From the human T2T-CHM13v2.0 reference genome, Homo sapiens, in the NCBI RefSeq assembly GCF_009914755.1, contig NC_060925.1: a DNA stretch of 64,000 bases. The stretch is one strand, 5' to 3'. A program made the position numbers and the translations under genes. Within the stretch, counting starts at the first letter, position 1, and each line of letters starts with the position of its first letter. This document shows, piece by piece, positions 12,252-26,868 of this stretch. The notes below the pieces were generated by a model that worked only from the letters and a program-made list of their open reading frames with translations, did no database searches and was not told where the DNA came from.

Positions 12252-15200
12252 TTACATGAAAAAACCCGTTTCCAACGAAGGCCTCTAAGTGGTCAAAATA
12301 TCCACGTGCAGACTTTACAAACAGAGTGTTTCCAAACCGCTGAATGAAAAGAAAAGTTAAACTCTGAGAGTTGAACGCACACATCACGCAGCAGTTTCTG
12401 AGAATGATTCTGTCTAGTTTTTATACGAAGATATTTCCTTTTCTGCCTTTGGCCCCAAAGCGCTTGAAATCTCCACTTGCAAATTCCACAAAAACAGTGT
12501 TTCAAATCTGCTCTCTCTAAATGAAAGTTCAACTCTGTCAGTTGAATACACACAACACAAGGAAGTTACTGAGAATTCTTCTGTCTAGCATAATATGAAG
12601 AAATCCCGTTTCCAACGAAGGCCTCAAAGGGGTCTGAATATCCACTTGCAGACTTTATAAACAGAGTGTTTACTAACTGCTCTATGAAAAGAAAGGTTAA
12701 ACTCTGTGAGTTGAACACACACATCACAAAGGAGTTTCTGAGAATCATTCTGTCTAGTTTTTCTACGAAGATATTTCCTTTTCTACTATTGACCTCAACG
12801 CGGCTGAAATCTCCACTTGCAAATTCCACAAAAAGAGTGTTTCAAGTCTGCTCTGTGTAAAGGATCGTTCAACTCTGTGAGTTGAATACACACAACACAA
12901 GGAAGTTACTGAGAATTCTTCTGTCTAGCAGAATAGGAAGAAATCCCGTTTCCAACGAAGGCCTCAAAGAGGTCTGAATATCCACTTGCAGACTTTACAA
13001 ACAGAGTGTTTCCTAACTGCTCTATGAAAAGAAAGGTTAAACTCTGTGAGTTGAACACACACATCACAAAGGAGTTTCTGAGAATCGTTCGGTCTAGTTT
13101 CTATAGGAAGATATTTCCTATTCTACCATTGACCTCAAAGCGGCTGAAATCTCCACTTGCAAATTCCACAAAAAGAATGTTTCAAGTCTGCTCTGTGTAA
13201 AGGACCGTTCAACTCTGTGAGTTGAACACACACAACACAAGGAAGTTACTGAGAATTATTCTGTCTAGCAGAATATGAAGAAATCCCGTTTCCAACGAAG
13301 GCCCCAAAGAGGTCTGAATATCCACTTGCTGACTTTACAAACAGAGTGTTTCCTAACTGCTCTATGAAAAGAAAAGTTAAACTCTGTGAGTTGAACGCAC
13401 ACATCACAAAGGAGTTTATGAGAATCATTCTGTCTAGTCTTTATACGAAGATATTTCCTTTTCTACCATTGACCTCAAAGCGGCTGAAATCTCCACTTTC
13501 AAATTCCACAAAAAGAGTGTTTCAAGTCTGCTCTGTGTAAAGGATCGTTCAACTCTGTGAGTAGAATACACACAACACAAGGAAGTTACTGAGAATTCTT
13601 CTGTCTAGCAGAATATGAAGAAATCCCGTTTCCAACGAAGGCCTCAAGGAGGTCTGAATATCCACTTGCAGACTTTACAAACAGAGTGTTTCCTAACTGC
13701 TCTATGAACAGAAAGGTTAAACTCTGTGAGTTGAACGCACACATCACAAAGGAGTTTCTGAGAATCATTCTGTCTAGTCTTTATACGAAGATATTTACTT
13801 TTCTACCATTGACTTCAAAGCGGCTGGAATCTCCACTTGCAAATTCCAAAAAAAGAGTGTTTCAAGTCTGCTCTGTGTAAAGGATCATTCAATTCTGTGA
13901 GTTGAATAAACACAACACAAGGAAGTTACTGAGAATTCTTCTGTCTAGCAGAATATGAAGAAATCCCGTTTCCAACGAAGGCCTCAAGGAGGTCTGAATA
14001 TCCACTTGCAGACTTTACAAACAGAGTGTTTCCTAACTGCTCTATGAAAAGAAAGGTTAAACTCTGTGAGTTGAACGCACACATCACAAAGGAGTTTCTG
14101 AGAATCATTCTGTCTAGTTTCTATAAGAAGATATTTCCTATTCTACCATTGACCTCAAAGCGGCTGAAATCTCCACTTGCAAATTCGACAAAAAGAGTGT
14201 TTCAAGCCTGCTCTCTGTAAAGGATCCTTCAACTCTGTGAGTTGAATACACACAACACAAGGAAGTTACTGAGAATTATTCTGTCTAGCATAATATGAAG
14301 AAATCCCGTTTCCAACGAAGGCCTCAAAGAGGTCTGAATATCCACTTGCAGACTTTACAAACAGAGTGTTTCCTAACTGCTCTATGAGAAGAAAAGTTAA
14401 ACTCTGTGAGTTGAACGCACACATCACAAAAGATTTTCTGAGAATCATTCTGTCTAGTCTTTATATGAAGATAGTTTCCTTTTCTACCATTGACCTCAAA
14501 GCGGCTGAAATCTCCACTTGCAAATTCCACAAAAAGAGTGTTTCAAGTCTGCTCTGTGTAAAGGATCGTTCAACTCTGTGAGTTGAATACACACAACACA
14601 AGGAAGTTACTGAGAATTCTTCTGTCTAGCAGAATATGAAGAAATCCCGTTTCCAACGAAGGCCACAAGATGTCAGAATATCCACTTACAGACTTTACAA
14701 ACAGAGTGTTTCCTAACTGCTCTATGAACAGAAAGGTTAAACTCTGTGAGTTGAACGAACACATCACAACGCAGTTTGTGGGAATGATTCTGTCTAGTTT
14801 TGAAACGAAGATATTTCCTTTTCTGCCGTTGACCTTAAAGCGCTTGAAATCTACACTTGCAAATTGCACAAATAGAGTGTTTCAAATCTGCTCTGTCTAA
14901 GGGAACGTTCAACTCTGTGAGTTGAATGCACACAACACAAGGAAGTTACTGGGAATTCTTCTGTCTAGCCTTACATGAAAAAACCCGTTTCCAACGAAGG
15001 CCTCTAAGTGGTCAAAATATCCACGTGCAGACTTTACAAACAGAGTGTTTCCAAACCGCTGAATGAAAAGAAAAGTTAAACTCTGAGAGTTGAACGCACA
15101 CATCACGCAGCAGTTTCTGAGAATGATTCTGTCTAGTTTTTATACGAAGATATTTCCTTTTCTGCCTTTGGCCCCAAAGCGCTTGAAATCTCCACTTGCA

Positions 15201-18200
15201 AATTCCACAAAAACAGTGTTTCAAATCTGCTCTCTCTAAATGAAAGTTCAACTCTGTCAGTTGAATACACACAACACAAGGAAGTTACTGAGAATTCTTC
15301 TGTCTAGCATAATATGAAGAAATCCCGTTTCCAACGAAGGCCTCAAAGGGGTCTGAATATCCACTTGCAGACTTTATAAACAGAGTGTTTACTAACTGCT
15401 CTATGAAAAGAAAGGTTAAACTCTGTGAGTTGAACACACACATCACAAAGGAGTTTCTGAGAATCATTCTGTCTAGTTTTTCTACCAAGATATTTCCTTT
15501 TCTACTATTGACCTGAAAGCGGCTGAAATCTCCACTTGCAAATTCCACAAAAAGAGTGTTTCAAGTCTGCTCTGTGTAAAGGATCGTTCAACTCTGTGAG
15601 TTGAATACACACAACACAAGGAAGTTACTGAGAATTCTTCTGTCTAGCAGAATATGAAGAAATCCCGTTTTCAACGAAGGCCTCAAAGGGGTCTGAATAT
15701 CCACTTGCAGACTTTACAAACAGAGTGTTTCCTAACTGCTCTATGAAAAGAAAAGTTAAACTCTGTGAGTTGAACGCACACATCACAAAGGAGTTTCTGA
15801 GAATCGTTCTGTCTAGTTTCTATAGGAAGATATTTCCTATTCTACCATTGACCTCAAAGCGTCTGAAATCTCCACTTGCAAATTCCACAAAAAGAATGTT
15901 TCAAGTCTGCTCTGTGTAAAGGATCGTTCAACTCTGTGAGTTGAATACACACAACACAAGGAAGTTACTGAGAATTATTCTGTCTAGCATAATATGAAGA
16001 AATCCCGTTTCCAACGAAGGCCTCAAAGAGGTCTGAATATCCACTTGCAGACTTTACAAACAGAGTGTTTCCTAACTGCTCTATGAAAAGAAAAGTTAAA
16101 CTCTGTGAGTTGAACGCACACATCAGAAAGGAGTTTATGAGAATCATTCTGTCTAGTCTTTATACGAAGATATTTCCTTTTCTACCATTGACCTCAAAGC
16201 GGCTGAAATCTCCACTTTCAAATTCCACAAAAAGAGTGTTTCAAGTCTGCTCTGTGTAAAGGATCGTTCAACTCTGTGAGTAGAATACACACAACACAAG
16301 GAAGTTACTGAGAATTCTTCTGTCTAGCAGAATATGAAGAAATCCCGTTTCCAACGAAGGCCTCAAGGAGGTCTGAATATCCACTTGCAGACTTTACAAA
16401 CAGAGTGTTTCCTAACTGCTCTATGAACAGAAAGGTTAAACTCTGTGAGTTGAACGCACACATCACAAAGGAGTTTCTGAGAATCATTCTGTCTTGTCTT
16501 TATACGAAGATATTTACTTTTCTACCATTGACTTCAAAGCGGCTGAAATCTCCACTTGCAAATTCCACAAAAAGAGTCTTTCAAGTCTGCTCTGTGTAAA
16601 GGATCATTCAACTCTGTGAGTTGAATAAACACAACACAAGGAAGTTACTGAGAATTCTTCTGTCTAGCAGAATATGAAGAAATCCCGTTTCCAACGAAGG
16701 CCTCAAGGAGGTCTGAATATCCACTTGCAGACTTTACAAACAGAGTGTTTCCTAACTGCTCTATGAAAAGAAAGGTTAAACTCTGTGAGTTGAACGCACA
16801 CATCACAAAGGAGTTTATGAGAATCATTCTGTCTAGTTTCTATAAGAAGATATTTCCTATTCTACCATTGACCTCAAAGCGGCTGAAATCTCCACTTGCA
16901 AATTCGAGAAAAAGAGTGTTTCAAGCCTGCTCTCTGTAAAGGATCCTTCAACTCTGTGAGTTGAATACACACAACACAAGGAAGTTACTGAGAATTATTC
17001 TGTCTAGCATAATATGAAGAAATCCCGTTTCCAACGAAGGCCTCAAAGAGGTCTGAATATCCACTTGCAGACTTTACAAACAGAGTGTTTCCTAACTGCT
17101 CTATGAGAAGAAAAGTTAAACTCTGTGAGTTGAACGCACACATCACAAAAGATTTTCTGAGAATCATTCTGTCTAGTCTTTATATGAAGATAGTTTCCTT
17201 TTCTACCTTTGACCTCAAAGCGGCTGAAATCTCCACTTGCAAATTCCACAAAAAGAGTGTTTCAAGTCTGCTCTGTGTAAAGGATCGTTCAACTCTGTGA
17301 GTTGAATACACACAACACAAGGAAGTTACTGAGAATTCTTCTGTCTAGCAGAATATGAAGAAATCCCGTTTCCAACGAAGGCCACAAGATGTCAGAATAT
17401 CCACTTACAGACTTTACAAACAGAGTGTTTCCTAACTGCTCTATGAACAGAAAGGTTAAACTCTGTGAGTTGAACGAACACATCACAACGCAGTTTGTGG
17501 GAATGATTCTGTCTAGTTTTGAAACGAAGATATTTCCTTTTCTGCCGTTGACCTTAAAGCGCTTGAAATCTACACTTGCAAATTGCACAAATAGAGTGTT
17601 TCAAATCTGCTCTGTCTAAGGGAACGTTCAACTCTGTGAGTTGAATGCACACAACACAAGGAAGTTACTGGGAATTCTTCTGTCTAGCCTTACATGAAAA
17701 AAACCCGTTTCCAACGAAGGCCTCTAAGTGGTCAAAATATCCACGTGCAGACTTTACAAACAGAGTGTTTCCAAACCGCTGAATGAAAAGAAAAGTTAAA
17801 CTCTGAGAGTTGAACGCACACATCACGCAGCAGTTTCTGAGAATGATTCTGTCTAGTTTTTATACGAAGATATTTCCTTTTCTGCCTTTGGCCCCAAAGC
17901 GCTTGAAATCTCCACTTGCAAATTCCACAAAAACAGTGTTTCAAATCTGCTCTCTCTAAATGAAAGTTCAACTCTGTCAGTTGAATACACACAACACAAG
18001 GAAGTTACTGAGAATTCTTCTGTCTAGCATAATATGAAGAAATCCCGTTTCCAACGAAGGCCTCAAAGGGGTCTGAATATCCACTTGCAGACTTTATAAA
18101 CAGAGTGTTTACTAACTGCTCTATGAAAAGAAAGGTTAAACTCTGTGAGTTGAACACACACATCACAAAGGAGTTTCTGAGAATCATTCTGTCTAGTTTT

Positions 18201-20409
18201 TCTACGAAGATATTTCCTTTTCTACTATTGACCTGAAAGCGGCTGAAATCTCCACTTGCAAATTCCACAAAAAGAGTGTTTCAAGTCTGCTCTGTGTAAA
18301 GGATCGTTCAACTCTGTGAGTTGAATACACACAACACAAGGAAGTTACTGAGAATTCTTCTGTCTAGCAGAATAGGAAGAAATCCCGTTTCCAACGAAGG
18401 CCTCAAAGAGGTCTGAATATCCACTTGCAGACTTTACAAACAGAGTGTTTCCTAACTGCTCTATGAAAAGAAAGGTTAAACTCTGTGAGTTGAACACACA
18501 CATCACAAAGGAGTTTCTGAGAATCGTTCTGTCTAGTTTCTATAGGAAGATATTTCCTATTCTACCATTGACCTCAAAGCGGCTGAAATCTCCACTTGCA
18601 AATTCCACAAAAAGAATGTTTCAAGTCTGCTCTGTGTAAAGGATCGTTCAACTCTGTGAGTTGAATACACACAACACAAGGAAGTTACTGAGAATTATTC
18701 TGTCTAGCAGAATATGAAGAAATCCCGTTTCCAACGAAGGCCCCAAAGAGGTCTGAATATCCACTTGCAGACTTTACAAACAGAGTGTTTCCTAACTGCT
18801 CTGTGAAAAGAAAAGTTAAACTCTGTGAGTTGAACGCACACATCACAAAGGAGTTTATGAGAATCATTCTGTCTAGTCTTTATACGAAGATATTTCCTTT
18901 TCTACCATTGACCTCAAAGCGGCTGAAATCTCCACTTTCAAATTCCACAAAAAGAGTGTTTCAAGTCTGCTCTGTGTAAAGGATCGTTCAACTCTGTGAG
19001 TAGAATACACACAACACAAGGAAGTTACTGAGAATTCTTCTGTCTAGCAGAATATGAAGAAATCCCGTTTCCAACGAAGGCCTCAAGGAGGTCTGAATAT
19101 CCACTTGCAGACTTTACAAACAGAGTGTTTCCTAACTGCTCTATGAACAGAAAGGTTAAACTCTGTGAGTTGAACGCACACATCACAAAGGAGTTTCTGA
19201 GAATCATTCTGTCTAGTCTTTATACGAAGATATTTACTTTTCTACCATTGACTTCAAAGCGGCTGAAATCTCCACTTGCAAATTCCAAAAAAAGAGTGTT
19301 TCAAGTCTGCTCTGTGTAAAGGATCATTCAACTCTGTGAGTTGAATAAACACAACACAAGGAAGTTACTGAGAATTCTTCTGTCTAGCAGAATATGAAGA
19401 AATCCCGTTTCCAACGAAGGCCTCAAGGAGGTCTGAATATCCACTTGCAGACTTTACAAACAGAGTGTTTCCTAACTGCTCTATGAAAAGAAAGGTTAAA
19501 CTCTGTGAGTTGAACGCACACATCACAAAGGAGTTTCTGAGAATCATTCTGTCTAGTTTCTATAAGAAGATATTTCCTATTCTACCATTGACCTCAAAGC
19601 GGCTGAAATCTCCACTTGCAAATTCGACAAAAAGAGTGTTTCAAGCCTGCTCTCTGTAAAGGATCCTTCAACTCTGTGAGTTGAATACACACAACACAAG
19701 GAAGTTACTGAGAATTATTCTGTCTAGCATAATATGAAGAAATCCCGTTTCCAACGAAGGCCTCAAAGAGGTCTGAATATCCACTTGCACACTTTACAAA
19801 CAGAGTGTTTCCTAACTGCTCTATGAGAAGAAAAGTTAAACTCTGTGAGTTGAACGCACACATCACAAAAGATTTTCTGAGAATCATTCTGTCTAGTCTT
19901 TATATGAAGATAGTTTCCTTTTCTACCATTGACCTCAAAGCGGCTGAAATCTCCACTTGCAAATTCCACAAAAAGAGTGTTTCAAGTCTGCTCTGTGTAA
20001 AGGATCGTTCAACTCTGTGAGTTGAATACACACAACACAAGGAAGTTACTGAGAATTCTTCTGTCTAGCAGAATAGGAAGAAATCCCGTTTCCAACGAAG
20101 GCCACAAGATATCAGAATATCCACTTACAGACTTTACAAACAGAGTGTTTCCTAACTGCTCTATGAACAGAAAGGTTAAACTCTGTGAGTTGAACGAACA
20201 CATCACAACGCAGTTTGTGGGAATGATTCTGTCTAGTTTTGAAACGAAGATATTTCCTTTTCTGCCGTTGACCTTAAAGCGCTTGAAATCTACACTTGCA
20301 AATTGCACAAATAGAGTGTTTCAAATCTGCTCTGTCTAAGGGAACGTTCAACTCTGTGAGTTGAATGCACACAACACAAGGAAGTTACTGGGAATTCTTC
20401 TGTCTAGCC
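12252..20409 (-). repeat. HOR units 5-7, three 16-mers ABCDEFGH
   Basis: Spacings 2719, 2719 and 2720 bp. Confidence 0.92.
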
Positions 20410-22788
20410 TTACATGAAAAAACCCGTTTCCAACGAAGGCCTCTAAGTGGTCAAAATATACACGTGCAGACTTTACAAACAGAGTGATTCCAAACCGATG
20501 AATGAAAAGAAAAGTTAAACTCTGAGAGTTGAACGCACACATCACGCAGCAGTTTCTGAGAATGATTCTGTCTAGTTTTTATACGAAGATATTTCCTTTT
20601 CTGCCTTTGGCCCCAAAGCGCTTGAAATCTCCACTTGCAAATTCCACAAAAACAGTGTTTCAAATCTGCTCTCTCTAAATGAAAGTTCAACTCTGTCAGT
20701 TGAATACACACTACACAAGGAAGTTACTGAGAATTCTTCTGTCTAGCATAATATGAAGAAATCCCGTTTCCAACGAAGGCCTCAAAGGGGTCTGAATATC
20801 CACTTGCAGACTTTATAAACAGAGTGTTTACTAACTGCTCTATGAAAAGAAAGGTTAAACTCTGTGAGTTGAACACACACATCACAAAGGAGTTTCTGAG
20901 AATCATTCTGTCTAGTTTTTCTACGAAGATATTTCCTTTTCTACTATTGACCTGAAAGCAGCTGAAATCTCCACTTGCAAATTCCACAAAAAGAGTGTTT
21001 CAAGTCTGCTCTGTGTAAAGGATCGTTCAACTCTGTGAGTTGAATACACACAACACAAGGAAGTTACTGAGAATTCTTCTGTCTAGCAGAATAAGAAGAA
21101 ATCCCGTTTCCAACGAAGGCCTCAAAGAGGTCTGAATATCCACTTGCAGACTTTACAAACAGAGTGTTTCCTAACTGCTCTATGAAAAGAAAGGTTAAAC
21201 TCTGTGAGTTGAACACACACATCACAAAGGAGTTTCTGAGAATCGTTCTGTCTAGTTTCTATAGGAAGATATTTCCTATTCTACCATTGACCTCAAAGCG
21301 GCTGAAATCTCCACTTGCAAATTCCACAAAAAGAATGTTTCAAGTCTGCTCTGTGTAAAGGATCGTTCAACTCTGTGAGTTGAATACACACAACACAAGG
21401 AAGTTACTGAGAATTATTCTGTCTAGCAGAATATGAAGAAATCCCGTTTCCAACGAAGGCCCCAAAGAGGTCTGAATATCCACTTGCAGACTTTACAAAC
21501 AGAGTGTTTCCTAACTGTTCTGTGAAAAGAAAAGTTAAACTTTGTGAGTTGAACGCACACATCACAAAGGAGTTTATGAGAATCATTCTGTCTAGTCTTT
21601 ATACGAAGATATTTCCTTTTCTACCATTGACCTCAAAGCGGCTGAAATCTCCACTTTCAAATTCCACAAAAAGAGTGTTTCAAGTCTGCTCTGTGTAAAG
21701 GATCGTTCAACTCTGTGAGTAGAATACACACAACACAAGGAAGTTACTGAGAATTCTTCTGTCTAGCAGAATGTGAAGAAATCCCGTTTCCAACGAAGGC
21801 CTCAAGGAGGTCTGAATATCCACTTGCAGACTTTACAAACAGAGTGTTTCCTAACTGCTCTATGAACAGAAAGGTTAAACTCTGTGAGTTGAACGCACAC
21901 ATCACAAAGGAGTTTCTGAGAATCATTCTGTCTAGTGTTTATACGAAGATATTTACTTTTCTACCATTGACTTCAAAGCGGCTGAAATCTCCACTTGCAA
22001 ATTCCACAAAAAGACTGTTTCAAGTCTGCTCTGTGTAAAGGATCATTCAACTCTGTGAGTTGAATACACACAACACAAGGAAGTTACTGAGAATTATTCT
22101 GTCTAGCATAATATGAAGAAATCCCGTTTCCAACGAAGGCCTCAAAGAGGTCTGAATATCCACTTGCAGACTTTACAAACAGAGTGTTTCCTAACTGCTC
22201 TATGAGAAGAAAAGTTAAACTCTGTGAGTTGAACGCACACATCACAAAAGATTTTCTGAGAATCATTCTGTCTAGTCTTTATATGAAGATAGTTCCCTTT
22301 TCTACCATTGACCTCAAAGCGGCTGAAATCTCCACTTGCAAATTCCACAAAAAGAGTGTTTCAAGTCTGCTCTGTGTAAAGGATCGTTCAACTCTGTGAG
22401 TTGAATACACACAACACAAGGAAGTTACTGAGAATTCTTCTGTCTAGCAGAATATGAAGAAATCCCGTTTCCAACGAAGGCCACAAGATGTCAGAATATC
22501 CACTTGTAGACTTTACAAACAGAGTGTTTCCTAACTGCTCTATGAACAGAAAGGTTAAACTCTGTGGGTTGAACGAACACATCACAACGCAGTTTGTGGG
22601 AATGATTCTGTCTAGTTTTGAAACGAAGATATTTCCTTTTCTGCCGTTGACCTTAAAGCGCTTGAAATCTACACTTGCAAATTGCACAAATAGAGTGTTT
22701 CAAATCTGCTCTGTCTAAGGGAACGTTCAACTCTGTGAGTTGAATGCACACAACACAAGGAAGTTACTGGGAATTCTTCTGTCTAGCC
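20410..22788 (-). repeat. HOR unit 8, 14-mer ABCDEGH (no F)
   Basis: 2379 bp; the ttcgac/ggatcc dimer is absent. Confidence 0.9.
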
Positions 22789-25700
22789 TTACATGAAAAA
22801 AACCCGTTTCCAACGAAGACCTCTAAGTGGTCAAAATATCCACGTGCAGACTTTACAAACAGAGTGTTTCCAAACCGCTGAATGAAAAGAAAAGTTAAAC
22901 TCTGAGAGTTCAACGCACACATCACGCAGCAGTTTCTGCGAATGATTCTGTCTAGTTTTTATACGAAGATATTTCCTTTTCTGCCTTTGGCCCCAAAGCG
23001 CTTGAAATCTCCACTTGCAAATTCCACAAAAAGAGTGTTTCAAATCTGCTCTCTCTAAATGAAAGTTCAACTCTGTCAGTTGAATACACACAACACAAGG
23101 AAGTTACTGAGAATTCTTCTGTCTAGCATAATATGAAGAAATCCCGTTTCCAACGAAGGCCTCAAGGGGGTCTGAATATCCACTTGCAGACTTTATAAAC
23201 AGAGTGTTTACTAACTGCTCTATGAAAAGAAAGCTTAAACTCTGTGAGTTGAACACACACATCACAAAGGAGTTTCTAAGAATCATTCTGTCTAGTTTTT
23301 CTACGAAGATATTTCCTTTTCTACTATTGACCTCAAAGCGGCTGAAATCTCCACTTGCAAATTCCACAAAAAGAGTGTTTCAAGTCTGCTCTGTGTAAAG
23401 GATCGTTCAACTCTGTGAGTTGAATACACACAACACAAGGAAGTTACTGAGAATTCTTCTGTCTAGCAGAATAGGAAGAAATCCCGTTTCCAACGAAGGC
23501 CTCAAAGAGGTCTGAATATCCACTTGCAGACTTTACAAACAGAGTGTTTCCTAACTGCTCTATGAAAAGAAAGGTTAAACTCTGTGAGTTGAACACACAC
23601 GTCACAAAGGAGTTTCTGAGAATCGTTCTGTCTAGTTTCTATAGGAAGATGTTTCCTATTCTACCATTGACCTCAAAGCGGCTGAAATCTCCACTTGCAA
23701 ATTCCACAAAAAGAATGTTTCAAGTCTGCTCTGTGTAAACGATCGTTCAACTCTGTGAGTTGAATACACACAACACAAGGAAGTTACTGAGAATTCTTCT
23801 GTCTAGCATAATATGTAGAAATCCCGTTTCCAACGAAGGCCTCAAATAGGTCTGAATATCCACTTGCAGACTTTACAAACAGAGTGTTTCCTAACTGCTC
23901 TATGAAAAGAAAAGTTAAACTCTGTGATTTGAACGCACACATCACAAAGGAGTTTCTGAGAATCATTCTGTCTGGTCTTTATACGAAGATATTTCCTTTT
24001 CTACCATTGACCTCAAAGCGGCTGAAATCTCCACTTGCAAATTCCACAAAAAGAGTGTTTCAAGTCTGCTCTGTGTAAAGGATCGTTCAACTCTGTGAGT
24101 TGAATACACACAACACAAGGAAGTTACTGAGAATTCTTCTGTCTAGCAGAATATGAAGAAATCCCGTTTCCAACGAAGGCCTCAAGGAGGTCTGAATATC
24201 CACTTGCAGACTTTACAAACAGAGTGTTTCCTAACTGCTCTATGAACACAAAGGTTAAACTCTGTGAGTTGAACGCACACATCACAAAGGAGTTTATGAG
24301 AATCATTCTGTCTAGTTTCTATAAGAAGATATTTCCTATTCTACTATTGACCTCAAAGCGGCTGAAATCTCCACTTGCAAATTCGACAAAAAGAGTGTTT
24401 CAAGCCTGCTCTCTGTAAAGGATCCTTCAACTCTGTGAGTTGAATACACACAACACAAGGAAGTTACTGAGAATTCTTCTGTCTAGCATAATATGAAGAA
24501 ATCCCGTTTCCAACGAAGGCCTCAAAGGGGTCTGAATATCCACTTGCAGACTTTATAAACAGAGTGTTTACTAACTGCTCTATGAAAAGAAAGGTTAAAC
24601 TCTGTGAGTTGAACACACACATCACAAAGGAGTTTCTGAGAATCATTCTGTCTAGTTTTTCTACGAAGATATTTCCTTTTCTACTATTGACCTCAAAGCG
24701 GCTGAAATCTCCACTTGCAAATTCCACAAAAAGAGTGTTTCAAGTCTGCTCTGTGTAAAGGATCGTTCAACTCTGTGAGTTGAATACACACAACACAAGG
24801 AAGTTACTGAGAATTCTTCTGTCTAGCAGAATATAAAGAAATCCCGTTTCCAACGAAGGCCTCAAAGAGGTCTGAATATCCACTTGCAGACTTTACAAAC
24901 AGAGTGTTTCCTAACGGCTCTATGAAAAGAAAAGTTAAACTCTGTGAGTTGAACGCACACATCACAAAGGAGTTTCTGAGAATCGTTCTGTCTAGTTTCT
25001 ATAGGAAGATATTTCCTATTCTACCATTGACCTGAAAGCGGCTGAAATCTCCAGTTGCAAATTCCACAAAAAGAATGTTTCAAGTCTGCTCTGTGTAAAG
25101 GATCGTTGAACTCTGTGAGTTGAATACACACAACACAAGGAAGTTACTGAGAATTATTCTGTCTAGCATAATATGAAGAAATCCCGTTTCCAACGAAGGC
25201 CTCAAAGAGGTCTGAATATCCACTTGCAGACTTTACAAACAGAGTGTTTCCTAACTGCTCTATGAAAAGAAAAGTTAAACTCTGTGAGTTGAACGCACAC
25301 ATCACAAAGGAGTTTATGAGAATCATTCTGTCTAGTCTTTATACGAAGATATTTCCTTTTCTACCATTGACCTCAAAGCGGCTGAAATCTCCACTTGCAA
25401 ATTCCAAAAAAAGAGTGTTTCAAGTCTGCTCTGTGTAAAGGATCGTTCAACTCTGTGAGTTGAATACACACAACACAAGGAAGTTACTGAGAATTCTTCT
25501 GTCTAGCAGAATATGAAGAAATCCCGTTTCCAACGAAGGCCTCAAGGAGGTCTGAATATCCACTTGCAGACTTTACAAACAGAGTGTTTCCTAACTGCTC
25601 TATGAACAGAAAGGTTAAACTCTGTGAGTTTAACGCACACATCACAAAGGAGTTTCTGAGAATCATTCTGTCTAGTCTTTATACGAAGATATTTACTTTT

Positions 25701-26868
25701 CTACCATTGACCTCAAAGCGGCTGAAATCTCCACTTGCAAATTCCACAAAAAGAGTGTTTCAAGTCTGCTCTGTGTAAAGGATCATTCAACTCTGTGAGT
25801 TGAATAAACACAACACAAGGAAGTTACTGAGAATTCTTCTGTCTAGCAGAATATGAAGAAATCCCGTTTCCAACGAAGGCCTCAAGGAGGTCTGAATATC
25901 CACTTGCAGACTTTACAAACAGAGTGTTTCCTAACTGCTCTATGAAAAGAAAGGTTAAACTCTGTGAGTTGAACGCACACATCACAAAGGAGTTTATGAG
26001 AATCATTCTGTCTAGTTTCTATAAGAAGATATTTCCTATTCTACCATTGACCTCAAAGCGGCTGAAATCTCCACTTGCAAATTCGACAAAAAGAGTGTTT
26101 CAAGCCTGCTCTCTGTAAAGGATCCTTCAACTCTGTGAGTTGAATACACACAACACAAGGAAGTTACTGAGAATTATTCTGTCTAGCATAATATGAAGAA
26201 ATCCCGTTTCCAACGAAGGCCTCAAAGAGGTCTGAATATCCACTTGCAGACTTTACAAACAGAGTGTTTCCTAACTGCTCTATGAGAAGAAAAGTTAAAC
26301 TCTGTGAGTTGAACGCACACATCACAAAAGATTTTCTGAGAATCATTCTGTCTAGTCTTTATATGAAGATAGTTTCCTTTTCTACCATTGACCTCAAAGC
26401 GGCTGAAATCTCCACTTGCAAATTCCACAAAAAGAGTGTTTCAAGTCTGCTCTGTGTAAAGGATCGTTTAACTCTGTGAGTTGAATACACACAACACAAG
26501 GAAGTTACTGAGAATTCTTCTGTCTAGCATAATATGAAGAAATCCCGTTTCCAACGAAGGCCACAAGATGTCAGAATATCCACTTACAGACTTTACAAAC
26601 AGAGTGTTTCCTAACTGCTCTATGAACAGAAGGGTTAAACTCTGTGAGTTGAACGAACACATCACAACGCAGTTTGTGGGAATGATTCTGTCTAGTTTTG
26701 AAACGAAGATATTTCCTTTTCTGCCGTTGACCTTAAAGCGCTTGAAATCTACACTTGCAAATTGCACAAATAGAGTGTTTCAAATCTGCTCTGTCTAAGG
26801 GAACGTTCAACTCTGTGAGTTGAATGCACACAACACAAGGAAGTTACTGGGAATTCTTCTGTCTAGCC
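22789..26868 (-). repeat. HOR unit 9, 24-mer ABCDF-BCDEFGH
   Basis: 4080 bp; same layout and private markers as unit 3. Confidence 0.9.
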
